Positions 15,542 through 42,745 of a stretch of 64,000 nt of DNA are shown here, piece by piece. This stretch comes from the human T2T-CHM13v2.0 reference genome, Homo sapiens: the NCBI RefSeq assembly GCF_009914755.1, contig NC_060931.1. One strand, 5' to 3'. The first letter of the stretch is position 1. Each line of letters begins with the position of its first letter. The position numbers and the translations under genes were made by a program. The notes below the pieces were generated by a model, which was not told where the DNA came from, made no database searches, and was given only the letters and a program-made list of their open reading frames with translations.

Positions 15542-16814
15542 TTATAACCTAAAAGATGTCCAATCATGTTATTATACAACTTAGTATGGAAATGCACACC
15601 AAAAACAATCAACACTTGGTATAATCTTTGTTCATTCTAAAAATAAGTACATATTTTCTATTACAATTTAAGATTTTTAAATAAAATAGGCTTACTTTCA
15701 GATTGTGATTTCATTTTTCAAGATGAAGTCCCAGTTCCACCCCCTTCCTTAAACGTAGCCTTTGCCAGTACCAGCTTTCCCCTGCTGCAATTCCAAAGCA
15801 AGATCATTTGTGCTCCTGAACACAGTGCCCACAGACTATGTCATGTTCGCTCCAAACTTTACAGTGGGGGTGCCAGAGGGCGGGCGGCGGGGGGAGGAGG
15901 GAGCGGTGTTGGCGCAGGCAGAAGAGAATGAAGAAGGAAAAGGAGGTAGTCTCAGGCTGGTTAGGTTTCTGATTTAGATAGCTGCTGCTACTACTTATGA
16001 GAAACTCTGTTTGAGAGAAAATGTTTTTCTGTCACTTTTAAAATTATTATTCCAAGCAAAATTTATAACCCAAGAGAAATACTAGTTCAAAAGGAAAGGG
16101 GTTTGCTGCTGATTTCTAAGTTCTGGCAAGAAAAGTGAGTCATTCTCTCCAAAAGTGGGATCCCTATTCCCCCTACCCCCAGGAGGGTGTGAACAAAAGC
16201 CAACAAGCAAGAAGACAGAGAGGAAGCTCAGACCACCCAGCCTAAAGGCTGCATGGATACACTAAAACCTCACAGTTCACCAGAACTGTTTGTTACCAGT
16301 GTTTCGGTATAAAATTTGAGAACTAAATACAACAATGTATTAAATAAATTTCTAATTTTATTAGCCTCACAATTACTCCCGTTAGCAATGAAATGTGGTG
16401 AAACCAATCTCTGAAAACTATCTAAAGGTTTCTCACTATGACAAAGTATCATTAATAGTTAATCCAGCCCCTCAACAGAACAAAGCCTCTTTTACCCTGA
16501 CTCTGTCAAGTAGACAGTAGAAGTAACACAAGTTCTTAGATAACTGTGAGCTGTTACCAAACTCAAGGTGAAACCCAATGCTGTGTTCAGCAGGAGGCCA
16601 AGTTTTAAAGCTTTTCCTGCATTATTCTTAATATATGAATATCATTTATTTTACTGATAAAATACATAAATTTTACAGATTATATCATAGAGTAATATTC
16701 AGAAAAAATAAGTATTTTTATAATCTTAAGAGACAGTTTTTTCATACCAGATATTAACAGACAACTGAAACTACTTGGTTCACTGATATTGGGATGTACA
16801 AAGTCAAAAATTAA

Positions 16815-17115
16815 GCTGAGCGCAGTGGCTCACGCCTGTACCCCAGTATTTTGGGAGGCTGAAGTGGGCAGATTGCTTCAGGTCAGAAGTTCGAAACCAG
16901 CCTGGATAATATGGTGAAACTCCATCTCTACTAAAAATACAAAAATTAGCCGGGTGTGGTGGTGCACACCTGTCATCCCAGCTACTGGAGAGGCTGAGGC
17001 ACAAGAATCGCTTGAACCTGGGAGGCAGAGGTTGCAGTGAGAGCGAAGACTGAGATCACACCACTGCATGCCATCCTGGGTGACAGAGTGAGACTGTCTT
17101 CAAAAAAAAAAAAAA
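16815..17115 (+). mobile_element. AluS
   Basis: Full Alu; TSD aaagtcaaaaattaag. Confidence 0.92.
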
Positions 17116-17345
17116 GTCAAAAATTAAGATGTTATTATTTATTTTATTATTATTTGCAATTTTTGCATACAAACAACTGTGAATTCACCAAGGCAATGAA
17201 TGCCTGATTTCTAACTTCTTTGGTAAGCCAACACCCACTCAAATCATCTCAAAAACAAACTTCATTATGTTAAGAGGTGGTAAAATGATTGTGGGAGGCT
17301 ATTTACATGTATAAGAAAACAAGTCATTAAAAAAAAGGGGGGGGG

Positions 17346-17650
17346 GGCCGGGCACAGTGGCTCACCCCTGTAATCCTAGCACTTTGGGAGGCCGAGGCGG
17401 GTGGATCACGAGGTCAGGAGATCAAGACCATCCAGGCTAACACAGTGAAACCCCGTCTCTACTAAAAATACAAAAAATTAGCCGGGCGTGGTGGCGGGCA
17501 CCTGTAGTCCCAGCTACTCAGGAGGCTGACGCAGGAGAATGGCGTGAACCCAGGAGGCAGAGTTTGCAGTGAGCCGAGATAGCGCCACTGCACTCCAGCC
17601 TGGGCGACAGAGCGAAGACTCCATCTCAAAAAAAAAAAAAAAAAAAAAAA
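17346..17650 (+). mobile_element. AluY
   Basis: agaatggcgtgaacc Y-type diagnostics, long A tail. Confidence 0.9.
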
Positions 17651-17685
17651 CCTTGTTTATAAGGCATAAGAGTTAGTGCCCCTAA

Positions 17686-18060
<375 letters not shown>

Positions 18061-18064
18061 TCCT

Positions 18065-18108
18065 AACTTTCAACTGCAAAAACCGCAATTACATTTGCAC
18101 CAACCTAA
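18065..18108. mobile_element. MADE1 (mariner MITE) half element
   Basis: gcaaaaaccgcaattacatttgcaccaacctaa-ta matches the Hsmar1/MADE1 TIR. Confidence 0.8.
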
Positions 18109-18379
18109 TAATTTCCATTTAACATGCATAGAAACTAAAAGTTAAATTTGCTCAAGACTCCAGCGCTACCCACCAGTTGCAGTGGCACATGCCTGCAGTC
18201 CTAGCTACGTGGAGACTGAGGCAGGAGGATCACTTGAGCCTTGAAGTTTAAGGATATAATGCACTATCATCACACCTGTGGATAGTCACTGCACTCCACC
18301 CTCAGCAACACACTGAGACCCTGTTGCTAAGGTAAAAAAAAAAAAAAGATCCCAAAGCTAAACAGTTTCACTTACAAAA

Positions 18380-20415
<2,036 letters not shown>

Positions 20416-20419
20416 AAAA

Positions 20420-20685
20420 CCGAGGCAGGCAAGTCGTTTGAGCCCAGGAGTTCGAGACCAGCCTAGGTAACATGGTGAGACACCGTTTCTACAAAAAATA
20501 CAAAAAAAAAACTAGCCAGGAGTGGTGGTGTACGCCTGTGGTCCCAGCTACTCAAGAGACTGAAGTGGAGGCTGAGCCCAGAAAGTCAACGCTATAGTGA
20601 GCCGTGATGGTGCCACTGCACTTCAACCTGGGAGACAGGCTGGGAGACAGGGACCCTGTCTCAAAACAAACAAACAAACAAAAAA
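20420..20685 (+). mobile_element. AluJ, 5'-truncated
   Basis: J-type Alu with (CAAA)n tail. Confidence 0.8.
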
Positions 20686-20911
20686 TGATTACAATGCTGA
20701 CAAGTTACTTGGGCGTTTTTTGTTTGTTTTTTTTGTTTGTTTGTTTTTTAAAGAAAAACTGCAGAGCTAGTATGTAACTAAGCCAGGATAAGAAACCGGG
20801 GCGGTCTAACACCAAAGCCTAAATCCACAGCTGTGCTGCCGAGCATGAAAGGAGATAGTTATCAATCTGACCAGGGAAAGGGAGTGGTCATCAAGGTCAT
20901 TTGGGCTTGGT

Positions 20912-21151
20912 TATAAAGGTCAGAATGACTTTGCCAAGTGAAGAAATTAACACTGGGCCCACTCCAAACAGAAAAAAATGGTACATGCAAAGCTACAGAG
21001 AACCTCTCGTGTACGCCATCTTAGTGGTTTTGGTGGCTGGCATGACTTAAGCAGGTACTGGTAAGAAATGAAGCCAGAGATAATGGCAGAGCTGTTCCCA
21101 GAACACCTTCTGTGCCATACAAAGAAATCCTACTTTTAAGTATGGCAGAAA
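20912..21151 (+). repeat. Source copy of a ~230-bp local duplication (other copy 27378-27930)
   Basis: Shared blocks agaatgactttgccaa, aaagctacagagaacct, agtggttttggtggctggca, ggtactggtaagaaatgaagccagagat. Confidence 0.9.
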
Positions 21152-21768
21152 CATAACCAACTATACAGTCAAATTTAAAGATTCAACAGGTGATTGAGAT
21201 TTAAAAGCAAAATTAAAAAATCTTATATCATGCTGGGGGAAAAATATTAAACTTCATGGAGCTATTTATAAGGCTTGTCAATTCACCACAATTCATTTTG
21301 TGTCTGTACTCCCACACAGTACCCCTCAGGAGCTTTGCCAATTATCACTTCTCTCATTTGTAAATCCTAAAATTCTCACCTCGAGCATCAGTAGTCCCTT
21401 ATTTCTACAAAAATATCTTTCACTGCAGCAAGTAATAGTAAAATCTACTTTCAAGACTTTGGTGCTTTATACAATATTATGAAGTACCACAAACACTTCA
21501 GCCAAATGGGCTGGGTCTACTTTATTCCTGTCTTGCTGTTTGTGAGGTTTCCCACATAGGCACCAACTAAAAATCTAAACTCGTTCTTCAATTTAATAAG
21601 CAAGAATCAACATACAGGGTCTTAAACACAGCAAGGACATACAAGAGTCTTAGCTTTGTTATAATAAAGTTACCCTGAGTCAATATTCCAGGATCCAAGT
21701 TCTTCATTTTTATCAGCTTTGGCCATGTACTGAGTTGCTGGTTTCCAATCACACTGAAACAGTATTTT

Positions 21769-22090
21769 GGCCAGGTGCTGTGGCTCCAGCCTGTAATCCC
21801 AGCACTTTGGAAGCCCGAGGCAGGAGGATTGCTTGAGCCCAGGAGTTCCAGACCAGCCTGGGCAACATAGCGAAACCCTATCTCTACAAAAAAATCAAAA
21901 ATTAGCTGGGTGTGGTGATGCACGCCTATAATCCCAGCTACTCGGGAGGCTGAGGTGGGAGGATTGAATGAGCTGGAAGGCAGAGGTTACAGCAAGCCAA
22001 CATCGTACCACTGCACTCTAAACTGGGCAACAGAGTGAGACCCCGTCTCCAAAAAAAAAAAAAAAAAAAAAAGGAAAAGGAAAAGAAAAA
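21769..22090 (+). mobile_element. AluJb
   Basis: Full Alu; TSD gaaacag(t/c)atttt. Confidence 0.88.
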
Positions 22091-22163
22091 AGAAACAGCA
22101 TTTTAAGCATGAAACAGTGCTTGACATTAAAATATCAGGATAATAATTGTATTTCAAATAAAT

Positions 22164-22580
22164 TATATGTGGTTTAGATATTTGTCCACTTCAAATCTCC
22201 TGCTGAAATGTAATCCCCAGTTTTGGAGGTGGGGCCTGCTGGGAGGTGTTTGGATCACGGGGACTGGGATGGATCCCGCATGAATGGCTTAGCATTGTTC
22301 CCTTGGTGACAAGTGAGTTCACATGAGATCTGATTGTTTAAAAGTATCTGGCACTTACTCCCGCTCTCTCTTGCTCCAGCTCTTACCACGCAACCCATCT
22401 AACCACCTGCTCTCCCTTTGCCTTCACCATGATTGTAAGGTTCCTGTGGCCTCACCAGAAGCAGATGCTGGACCCATGCTTGTAAAGCCTGCAGAACCGC
22501 GAGCCAATTAAACCTCTTTTCTTTAAAAATTACCCAGCCTCAGGTATTCCGTTATAGCAATGCAAGAACTGCCTAATACA
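22164..22580 (+). mobile_element. MST-type MaLR solo LTR
   Basis: tgtaatccccagttttggaggtggggcc..ccaattaaacctcttttc..gcaagaactgcctaataca. Confidence 0.85.
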
Positions 22581-23644
22581 AAGTAGAAACAGAAACAACA
22601 AGCATTTTACACCAGTTACAATGTATCAGACATGCATCTATTTGCTTTACATATAATAATTCTGTTGATACTCCCATATCCCTGTAAGATAAATACTATC
22701 GCATTATCTTCATTTTACAGGAAAACTGAGGTACAAAAAGGCTAAGCAATTTGTCAAAGATCACAGAGCCACTGTGGTAGAGGGAAAATCTGTACCAAGA
22801 CAGTCTGTACATAGGGTTTGGGTTCTAAGCCACTATGTTCTATGCATCTCCACTTTCAAATGTCCTCAAATTTTTCAATGACATTCCTTTACATTCATAA
22901 TATTTGTAAAAGCTATGATGCAAACCTACAAATCCAGTCGTATTCAGACTTCAAGTTTATAATCTTGCTGCTCCATCCCTCTACAAATAATTTCTTTTGT
23001 CCTCTCTGCTAATCTTAAAACAATTATTTATTAGATTTACTATGCTAAGTGTTTGGAGGGTAAAAGTCATTAACATATTAACTGTCCATAAAGAAGATCA
23101 AAATTTTTTGCTATATTTGACCGTAGTTTATGAGGTAAACTACATTTAAGTTAAGCGCTGGGTAATTTGGGCATTCTAAGACAGTCTCAGAATGCATCCT
23201 CTGTATTTAATTTTACTCTTCATGCTAAAGGACAGCTGTACTGATTTACAGACCAACGAAATCACTCTCTGGGGGTGGTAACACCTAAAAAGTTCCATAA
23301 GCAATTCTGATGCACAGCCAGTATTGAGATCACTGGTTTTACTTACACTGGCACTCCCTAACTAAAATGACAATATTGCAAATGCATAATTCATTTTACA
23401 AACAATTAGTCAATCATGCCAAACACTATTCTACTTATTGATTTAAATATGAAGAATGCTGGCTATGTATGCTCCAGCAATTCCTCTCCCAAATCTACCC
23501 TAGAAAGACATTTACACGTGGCCTAGGAGAATCACACAAAGATGTTTGTCACATTGCTGTATGCAACAGCAAGTAATGAATAGCCGTGCAACTGTCAGAT
23601 GAACTATGGTACATTCATAATATACAGCATTTGAAAAGGATGCA

Positions 23645-25975
<2,331 letters not shown>

Positions 25976-26027
25976 TCACATCATTATGTAATAACAAAAT
26001 CACTCTCAGTGTATACTTAAAAATAAA

Positions 26028-27948
<1,921 letters not shown>

Positions 27949-28059
27949 TACTTGCCAAAGTATTTTCACTCACCTAAAGTGCCCAACTTTTTCCTTATTC
28001 TAAAGCCTAACTCTGTCTGACATTTGGACTGAGACTACTTTCTTTAAAGACAGAGGGAA

Positions 28060-29950
<1,891 letters not shown>

Positions 29951-30104
29951 GTATGCCAAGTATGCCAGGCTCCTTTATATGATGGTTACAACACTAACTG
30001 TTGCTTTGTATTATGGTGACAACTACCACTCTAGAATTTGGCAAGATGTTACATATCTTCATCCTCATAAAATCAGTATTAGGTAGATACAAATATCATT
30101 TCCT

Positions 30105-31480
<1,376 letters not shown>

Positions 31481-31535
31481 CCTTAGTCATTTTCTAATCC
31501 TGTTTTTCTATGGCTGATGCCCAGAATCTTCTCTA

Positions 31536-31878
<343 letters not shown>

Positions 31879-32089
31879 ATTGAATGAAAATATTTTATTA
31901 ATATTTAATATTTAATCTATCTTTACATATTTATATAACGTTTTAATATATTTTAATGTTTGTTTTATGTTACAAATTCATATAAATTTACATATTATAT
32001 AAATATTTTTATGTAAATTAATATTTCATACTAATTACATGAATAAGACTATCTTGGATGTGTTAAACTAAATGCATTATAAAATTATA

Positions 32090-32450
32090 TAAACATACAA
32101 TGGAGTATTATTCAGCCACTAAAAGGAATGAAGTATGACACATGCTACAAGATGGATAAACCTTGAAAACATTATGCTAAGTAAAGTATTGTTTAACTCT
32201 GCTTATATGTGGTAGCGAGAATAAGCAAATTTCATTGACAAAAGGTAGAACAGTAGTTACCAGGGGCCAGGAAGGGAAAATGGGGAGTTGCTGTTTAATG
32301 GGTACAGAGTTTCTGTTTGAAATGAAAAATTTCTAAAAACAGTGGTCACGGTTACAAAACAATATGAATGTACTTAATGCAACTGAACTGCACACTTCAA
32401 AAATGTGGTTAAGATGGTTTTATGGGATATACATTTTACCACAATTTGAA
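32090..32450 (+). mobile_element. L1MB 3'UTR fragment
   Basis: caatggagtattattcagcc..aaccttgaaaacattatgctaag..gtttaatgggtacagagtttc. Confidence 0.8.
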
Positions 32451-33394
32451 AGTACACTAGTGGCTCACACAATATTTCTCTTGGATAACATTAGACACAC
32501 AGGGTTCAGGTTCCACAATGACAGATACTGAGGATTAAGAATGGCTATAAAAGTCACCTCAAATTCTCAGTATACAGGATATAAACACTGCTAGCAAATG
32601 AGTTCATGGTTTCTTGAAGTACTTCTAATGAATACTACCCAATTTAACCCCAAAAGGAGAAAAGTGTGGGGTTAAACTGGGTTGCTAATAAATGGCTTGC
32701 TATCATCAAGCTTAAAATATGGACCTTATTTTCTCCTACTAAAGAATGGCTCTGAAGAGTACAAGAATACTTTGTGCAATCTCACAGCTGTTTCCATAAA
32801 CTACTCCACAAGTGCTTTTCAACAGGCATCTTCAAAATACTCTTCACAAAAACAATCAGCTTTGTGCTAAGAGTACTTTTCTCTATAAAAGACACACAAT
32901 TTTACAAAAGTAATATCATACACAGAGAAGCAAGAAAGTGGATGTTCTTTTGATTTCTAGTATTCAGTCCTCTTAATTTACCAACTTTTCTGAATCTTGG
33001 CCTTCCTAGCCTCCTAACTTAGGAGATAAATAGTTTTGACTCATATTTCTTAAGGCAAATGAAATAGTTTTGAGCCTCTGAACACAAAAGGAAAAAAATG
33101 TAACAAATTATTTCCAGTTAGTGTATAAGATTTTAAAAAAAAGTCTTTAGAAAAAAGATTCCAAATGCATCAAGCATATTTCCTAAAATTCAAATGTATA
33201 ATAAAGTATAACTTAGAGGAATTACAGTGAAACAGGAGAGGAAAGAAAATACAATGGAAGTCCACTGGCTTTACAAGAACTAAGGAAATCTGATTTCAGG
33301 AAGCCAAAGGAGAGATGGCATCATAGGCATTCATGTATTTAAATATCTGAGGAAAGCCTATGAGGCTATTAACTGACACAGAAGAAAAACACTA

Positions 33395-33630
33395 ATAGAG
33401 CTTACTATGTGCCAGGTACTGTTGTGGGGGCTTACTACTTATTAGCTCATTTAATCCACACAAACCCTCCATGGAGTAGACACTGTCATTATCAACCCTC
33501 TTTTACAGAAGAGAAAACTAAAGCAGAGAGGTTAAATAGCTTGGCCCAAGGTCATACAGCTAGCAAATGGTAAAGCTGGAAAACAAATCCAGGCACTCCA
33601 GCTCCAGAGGCAACTATACATACTGCCTCT
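33395..33630 (-). mobile_element. MIR
   Basis: cttactatgtgccagg..ttttacagaagagaaaact..cccaaggtcatacagct. Confidence 0.75.
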
Positions 33631-33826
33631 CATAATATTTACAGCAGGTTCAGAATAATGTGTGGTGGGGTTTTAAGTCTCATAAACTAATTACAAACTA
33701 GACACTAAGAATACTTAGTGAACTCCCCTCACCCATCTACTGGACAATACTCTAGGGAATTGTCAATAACAGTAACTCACAGGTATGATAAAATTCTCAA
33801 ACTGAAATAAACATGGGTCAATTTTA

Positions 33827-33868
33827 TTAGGTTGGTGCAAAAGAAACTGCATTTTTTGCGATTACTTT
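33827..33868. mobile_element. MADE1 half element
   Basis: ta-ttaggttggtgcaaaagaaactgcattttttgcgattacttt. Confidence 0.75.
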
Positions 33869-34384
33869 TGGAATATAAAGTAAAAACAAGCTGTTAGAAA
33901 CAGCAAACCAATTGCCAATCAAAGACCTTTAGTTTTACATGGTGTTCAATAAATACACTGAATGAAGTGACACAGACACAGATCTGTGGTCCATAAATCA
34001 CAGTGATCACAAGTGCTGGAAACACAGGTAGAATACAGCTATCACGTTTTCACTATAAATTGTACTTAATGTTACCTTATTGAACATTTGCATATTTTTC
34101 AAAACACATTGGCTTTCCCTGATATGGTGGCCATCTGGCCCCTCAGATGTATCAACATCCTACAGCCCATCGCCTTGGTTGTTCACTCCTATAAAAGATA
34201 AGGCACACCGTTTACCATTTTAGACATACAGAAGGTCCACGCTACAATTACCTAAAAGGTCTTCCGAGATTATCACAATCTGGCAAGTTCTCTTCCCCAA
34301 ACCTACAAAGCTCTATAAAGCTTTAACAATTAACAAAATCTTTGTTACATTAATTACTTTTGTTTTATTTTCATCTTTAATTAA

Positions 34385-34694
<310 letters not shown>

Positions 34695-35200
34695 TGTAAT
34701 TTTTATATACAGTAATATTCATCTTTTTCATGTTCAGCTGGGTAAGTTTTGACACAGTTGTGTAACCACTACCACAACCAAAATATAGAAGAGTTCCAAC
34801 ACTCAAAAAATTCCCCATTGCCACACTACAACCAACTCCTCTCCCACCTCTACCTCTTGGCAACTACTGATGTGTTTCCCAGAGTCTGTATGCTTTTGAG
34901 TCTAGCTTCTTTCACTTAACATAATGCCTTTAAAGATGCATCCACTTGCTGCATGTATTAGTAGTAGTATATTTTTTAACTGATGAGTAGTATTCCATTG
35001 TTATGGATGTATCAGAGTTTGTTTATCCATTCACCAATTAGGGAAATTTGAAAAGCCCACATTTTTCTTAACTGTTAAAAAAGAAATGCTGCTACAAGCA
35101 GTTACATATAGGTTTTTTTTCTGAACCTAAGTTTCTGTTTCACTTAGGTAAATACCCAGGAGTAGGTCATATAGTGTCTGACTCTAAGAAACTGCTAAAT
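34695..35200 (-). mobile_element. L1M 3' fragment
   Basis: ggcaactactga..cttctttcacttaacataatg..gagtagtattccattg..gtttatccattcacc. Confidence 0.75.
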
Positions 35201-36265
35201 TGTGAGATGACTGCTTGAGACCAGGAGTCTGAGGCCAGCCTGGGCAACACAGCAAGATGGTATCTCTTACAAAAAGGAAAAGCAAACAAAAGTATCAAAT
35301 AAAAAGGCCCCATAGGATAGCATGGCTCAGATTATACTGCAACCCCCTGCCTAAAATAGTTCATCCCCATCCCTCCTCAGCTGATGCCTCACGTTAGCAG
35401 TAGGAGACAGCAGAGGCACAGGGCCCACTCCAACAGAGCCCACCTCCCGCTGTAAGGAGGGCTTCACGCAGCCCTGCATCACAATGCCAGCAAGAGAACC
35501 TGTGACAGCAGTCTTTCCAGGGAGACAATGTAGGCCAACGCCTCATACTCTGTTCAGCTCAGTTAGCACACAGTGAACCCAGTTATCCATCATCACCCAA
35601 ACCCTCTCCTACATCCCACTTTCACCACCATGAATGCCCTCTACGTTCCACCAGCCCCAGAACACCCTCCCCCATCCATATGCACTGAAACGTTAAGATC
35701 TGCCATGTCTCCAGAAGGGCTGCTCCTTGCCCTAACAGGACTGGCTGCCCAGTGGGCACTCTTCCTCCTGTTGGAACTGAGAATGAGCCTCTGTTTCTCT
35801 ACAGTCCTGTGTTCTGCATGGCCTGCATGGAGGTGGGGCCACACAGTCTCACCATCCCAATCTGAAGACTGGGAAGTTATCTTCCTAAACCTGCAAAGCT
35901 CTATCAAGCTTTAAAAGTTAAAATCTTTGCTACGTCAACCACTTTTGTTTTCATTTTTTATTATGAGTGGAGTCAGGTGGAAGAGCCTGATACTTCCAAG
36001 TAAAGGATCTACCTTAAGGCTTCTTTCGGATATCCTTTATCTTCTCATTTTTTAAGGTCTACCAAAAATAATCTGAACCTAAAAAGACACTAAAGCTAAC
36101 ACATATATTGCTAGCTAAGGAAAATTAGCAAAAGAAACATTAAGAAATTAAATATATTCATCTTTTAGTCTGTTGTACCACAGACACTGGAGAGATATAA
36201 CGGTCCCATCACCTCACAAGAAGCATAACTCATTTTGACACAATCTTTAGAATGTAATGGGATGA

Positions 36266-36930
<665 letters not shown>

Positions 36931-37812
36931 TATATATATACATATTTAGAACACTATGTGCACATAGAAAACTTGTGTGACTTGTATAGTTATACATCTG
37001 ACATCATGGCTGGGATATACTAATATTTCAACACAAACACAAATGTGACTATAAAACAAAACTGATTTTCTGCCACGACTTATGGAAACAGAAGAATAGC
37101 CACAGGAGGAATGTATTGTAATATTTTCATTTGTACTGTAACCATTTTCAAGGCCAAAATACAACTAATGGAAATTAATGCACATCTAAGCTTCATGTCA
37201 GTATAAAATTAAAAATGACCTGAGTACAACCTACAGAATGGGAGAAAATTTTTGCAATCTACCCATCTGACAAAGGGCTAATATCCAGAATCTACAAAGA
37301 ACTTAAACAAATATACAAGAAAAAAATCAAACAACCACATCAAAAAGTGGGCAACGGATATGAACAGACACTTCTCAAAAGAAGACATTTATGCAGCTAG
37401 CAGACACATGAAAAAATGCTCATCATCACTAGTCATCAAAAAAATGCAAATCAAAACCACAACGAGATACCATCTCACACCAGTTAGAATGGCGATCATT
37501 AAAATATCAAGAAACAACAGGTGCTGGAGAGGATGTGGAGAAAACAGGAACACTTTTACACTGTTGGTGGGACTGTAAACTAGTTCAACCGTCGTGGAAG
37601 ACAGTGTGGCGATTCCTCAAGGATCTAGAACTAGAAATACCATTTGACCCAGCAATCCCATTACTGGGTATATACCCAAAGGATTATAAATCATGCCACT
37701 ATAAAGACACATGCACATGTATGTTTATTGCGGCATTATTCACAATAGCAAAGACTGGGAACCAACCCAAATGTCCATCAATGATAGACTGGATTAAGAA
37801 AATGTGCCACTT

Positions 37813-39732
<1,920 letters not shown>

Positions 39733-41807
39733 GGTGGGGGGGAGAAAATGTGGCACATATACACCATGGAATACTATGCAGCCATAAAAAAGGATGAGTT
39801 CATGTCCCTTGTAGGGACATGGATGAAGCTGGAAACCACCATTCTGAGCAAACTATTGCAAGGACAGAAAACCAAACACCGCATGTTCTCACTCATAGGT
39901 GGGAATTGAACAATGAGAACACTTGGACACAGGGCGGGGAACATCACACACCAGGGCCTGTCGTGGGGTGGGAGCTGGGGGAGGGACAGCATTAGGAGAA
40001 ACACCTAATGTAAATGATGAGTTAATGGGTGCAGCAAACCAACATGGCACATACATACATATGTAACAAACCTGCACGTTGTGCACATGTACCCTAGAAC
40101 TTAAAGTATAATTAAAAAAAAAATGACCTGAGTAAAAAGTAATTAACATTTAATTAGGGGTGGCATTAAATCCACAAGATTTATGGAAATAAAAGGGAAG
40201 AGCTCTTAATTTTCATATTCTTATATGAAAATTAATTCATATTACTAAAAGAAAATTAAGGAGGTTATGGCTGATGTCCATCCTGGCAGCATTATACACT
40301 GAAAAAAAACCCAGAAAACTGGGATTTGAATCTTGACTCTTTAGTATCTCTGATCCCTTAAATCAAGTCTCATCTTTCGTAAACCTGTTTCTTCATCTAT
40401 AAAATGATGTCAAAGTAATAACTCAATTCGTACAGTTTAATGGTTACATAGTAAAAAAACAAAACACACGAATATGTGGCAGAGGGTCAAACTATGTGAA
40501 AAGCTAGTGAAAACGTTTGGAAGAAATTTTCACCAAGTGATAAAGAGCAGTTACAACCTGTTCACTGTTTTGGATCTTTTGTTAACAGCTGAAAAAAACA
40601 GAAATATTTTGAGAAAATCGGTAGAGTTGACTTCAAAAGTTTTCATTACGACCTGAAAACATGAAATTTGCAATGGTATACTTTGCTGTACTACAAACCC
40701 AAGAAAACATCCATCTCAAAATCACAAGTGAGGACAATGTTAACTTGTTTATTTGATCTCAATGGCACTGCTAATGTAGCACAAGACCAAGAGTCAATTG
40801 GACCCATTGTTCAAGACTGCTGAATGTTAACAAGGAGTTAACTGTGGCTTAGAAACTAGTTTCATCATCCTATTTTGGCTCACAGTCCATGAGTCAAAAA
40901 CAATAAACCAAAAGCTCTAACAACCCAGATTGCCTATCCAGGTTATTCACCAAACTCGGCACTTAATGACTTTTAGCTGGTTCCAAAAATTGATTCTAAC
41001 ATCAAAGGATAAAGATTTATGACCAATGAACATATTCAAATCCTAAAGAAGACCTTGGGGTACAATGGCAGCATTGTTGGGGTAAGTACACTACACACCA
41101 TTTGGAAGCCAGATTCATTTCAATTTGAAACTAGTAACTGTATTTATAAATAAGTCTCAGACCATAAACCACAGAAAGTGCACAGCAGTGCCACCTTAAA
41201 TCCTTTTTGGAACAAGGCAGGCTATGCATGTATGCATACTAAAGTAAACAGAGTTGTCTTGCCCAAAGACTTGCCCTGATTTTGTCTTAACTGTTCATTT
41301 CCCATTAGACAGTATCCCGAGCCTTACTTAGATGACTCAAAGAAAAACTGATAAACTGAAAAACAAAATATTTGGTCCACCTTTCCGTTTTAGTATCATG
41401 ACTACAGGAATCTTGAAACAGATGATATATAGACAATCCACTGTGAAAACCGCAGGGCTGCCCTGGCCCCGGGCTACAATCACTGATTGATACATGCTGC
41501 CTACAGATGCCCTCAGACTAGGGACACCCTCTTCACTAAAAGAAAGACTAAAAGCCTTCTTAGCCTAAATAGAAGTCAAAAAGCATACAGCTTTAAAACC
41601 AAACTATTACACAGCTAAATATCCTGACCTAACAAAGATAAAAACTATCCTCTAGTCTAAACTTTAGAAGCATCTAGAACCACAGCAATAAATATTATTC
41701 AAAATACTTTAGGTCAAGTTCATATTTTCATAGGTTTCCATGTTTTCTGGGATTTCTAAAATCTTGGAGACAACAGAGGATGATTATTTAACAAAAATCC
41801 TGTTGCC

Positions 41808-42097
<290 letters not shown>

Positions 42098-42290
42098 ATT
42101 TTCTGCTGCCTACTAGTTTATTATAACAGTATACAAAAGACCAAGGAAATTGTAGAGAAATAACTTTATTTAAATGCATCTGACAGATAAATCTATGTTC
42201 GCTTCTTCATTCCTGTGTTACTTTAATTCTTCTGTGTAATTTTGGGGAGAGTCAGTGTTGAATTACCCAACAGGAAAAAAATGAAGCACA

Positions 42291-42745
42291 CTGTTGGAGA
42301 GGAAAACACTCTTTCCCTACCCTCTTAGATTCAGTGGCTGGGGTCCCTGAATTTAACAGATAAAAGATTAACAGGAGGGGGAAAAAAAGCAGTTTACCTA
42401 TGCATGCAATGTGCATACACAAAGGAGAACTCAGTGTTAACTCAAAAGGGTGATTAAAATTTGGGTTTACACACCATCTTAACAAAGGGTGATAAAGTAC
42501 GGGGAAAAGGCTAGACTGAGGAAAACAAGTTCTGGACTTTGAGGGAGGTACAAATCATGGGAAGATAACTAGAAATGTATAATAAATAGGGGTTCTTTAG
42601 TACGGAACACTTTCAGAAATGTAAATGGATAGCCTGCTTTTAGACAGAAAGGTGGAGGGCAGGAAACTAAATGCCTTCAGCTTAAAACAACACCTACACT
42701 AAAAGTGGGATATTTTGGGGTGGCATGCTCTGGTCCCCTTCTACA
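42291..42745 (-). mobile_element. Old ERV1-type solo LTR (MER34-like; subfamily uncertain)
   Basis: ctctttccctaccctcttagattcagtggctgggg..gattaacaggag..ggggtggcatgctctggtccccttc. Confidence 0.5.
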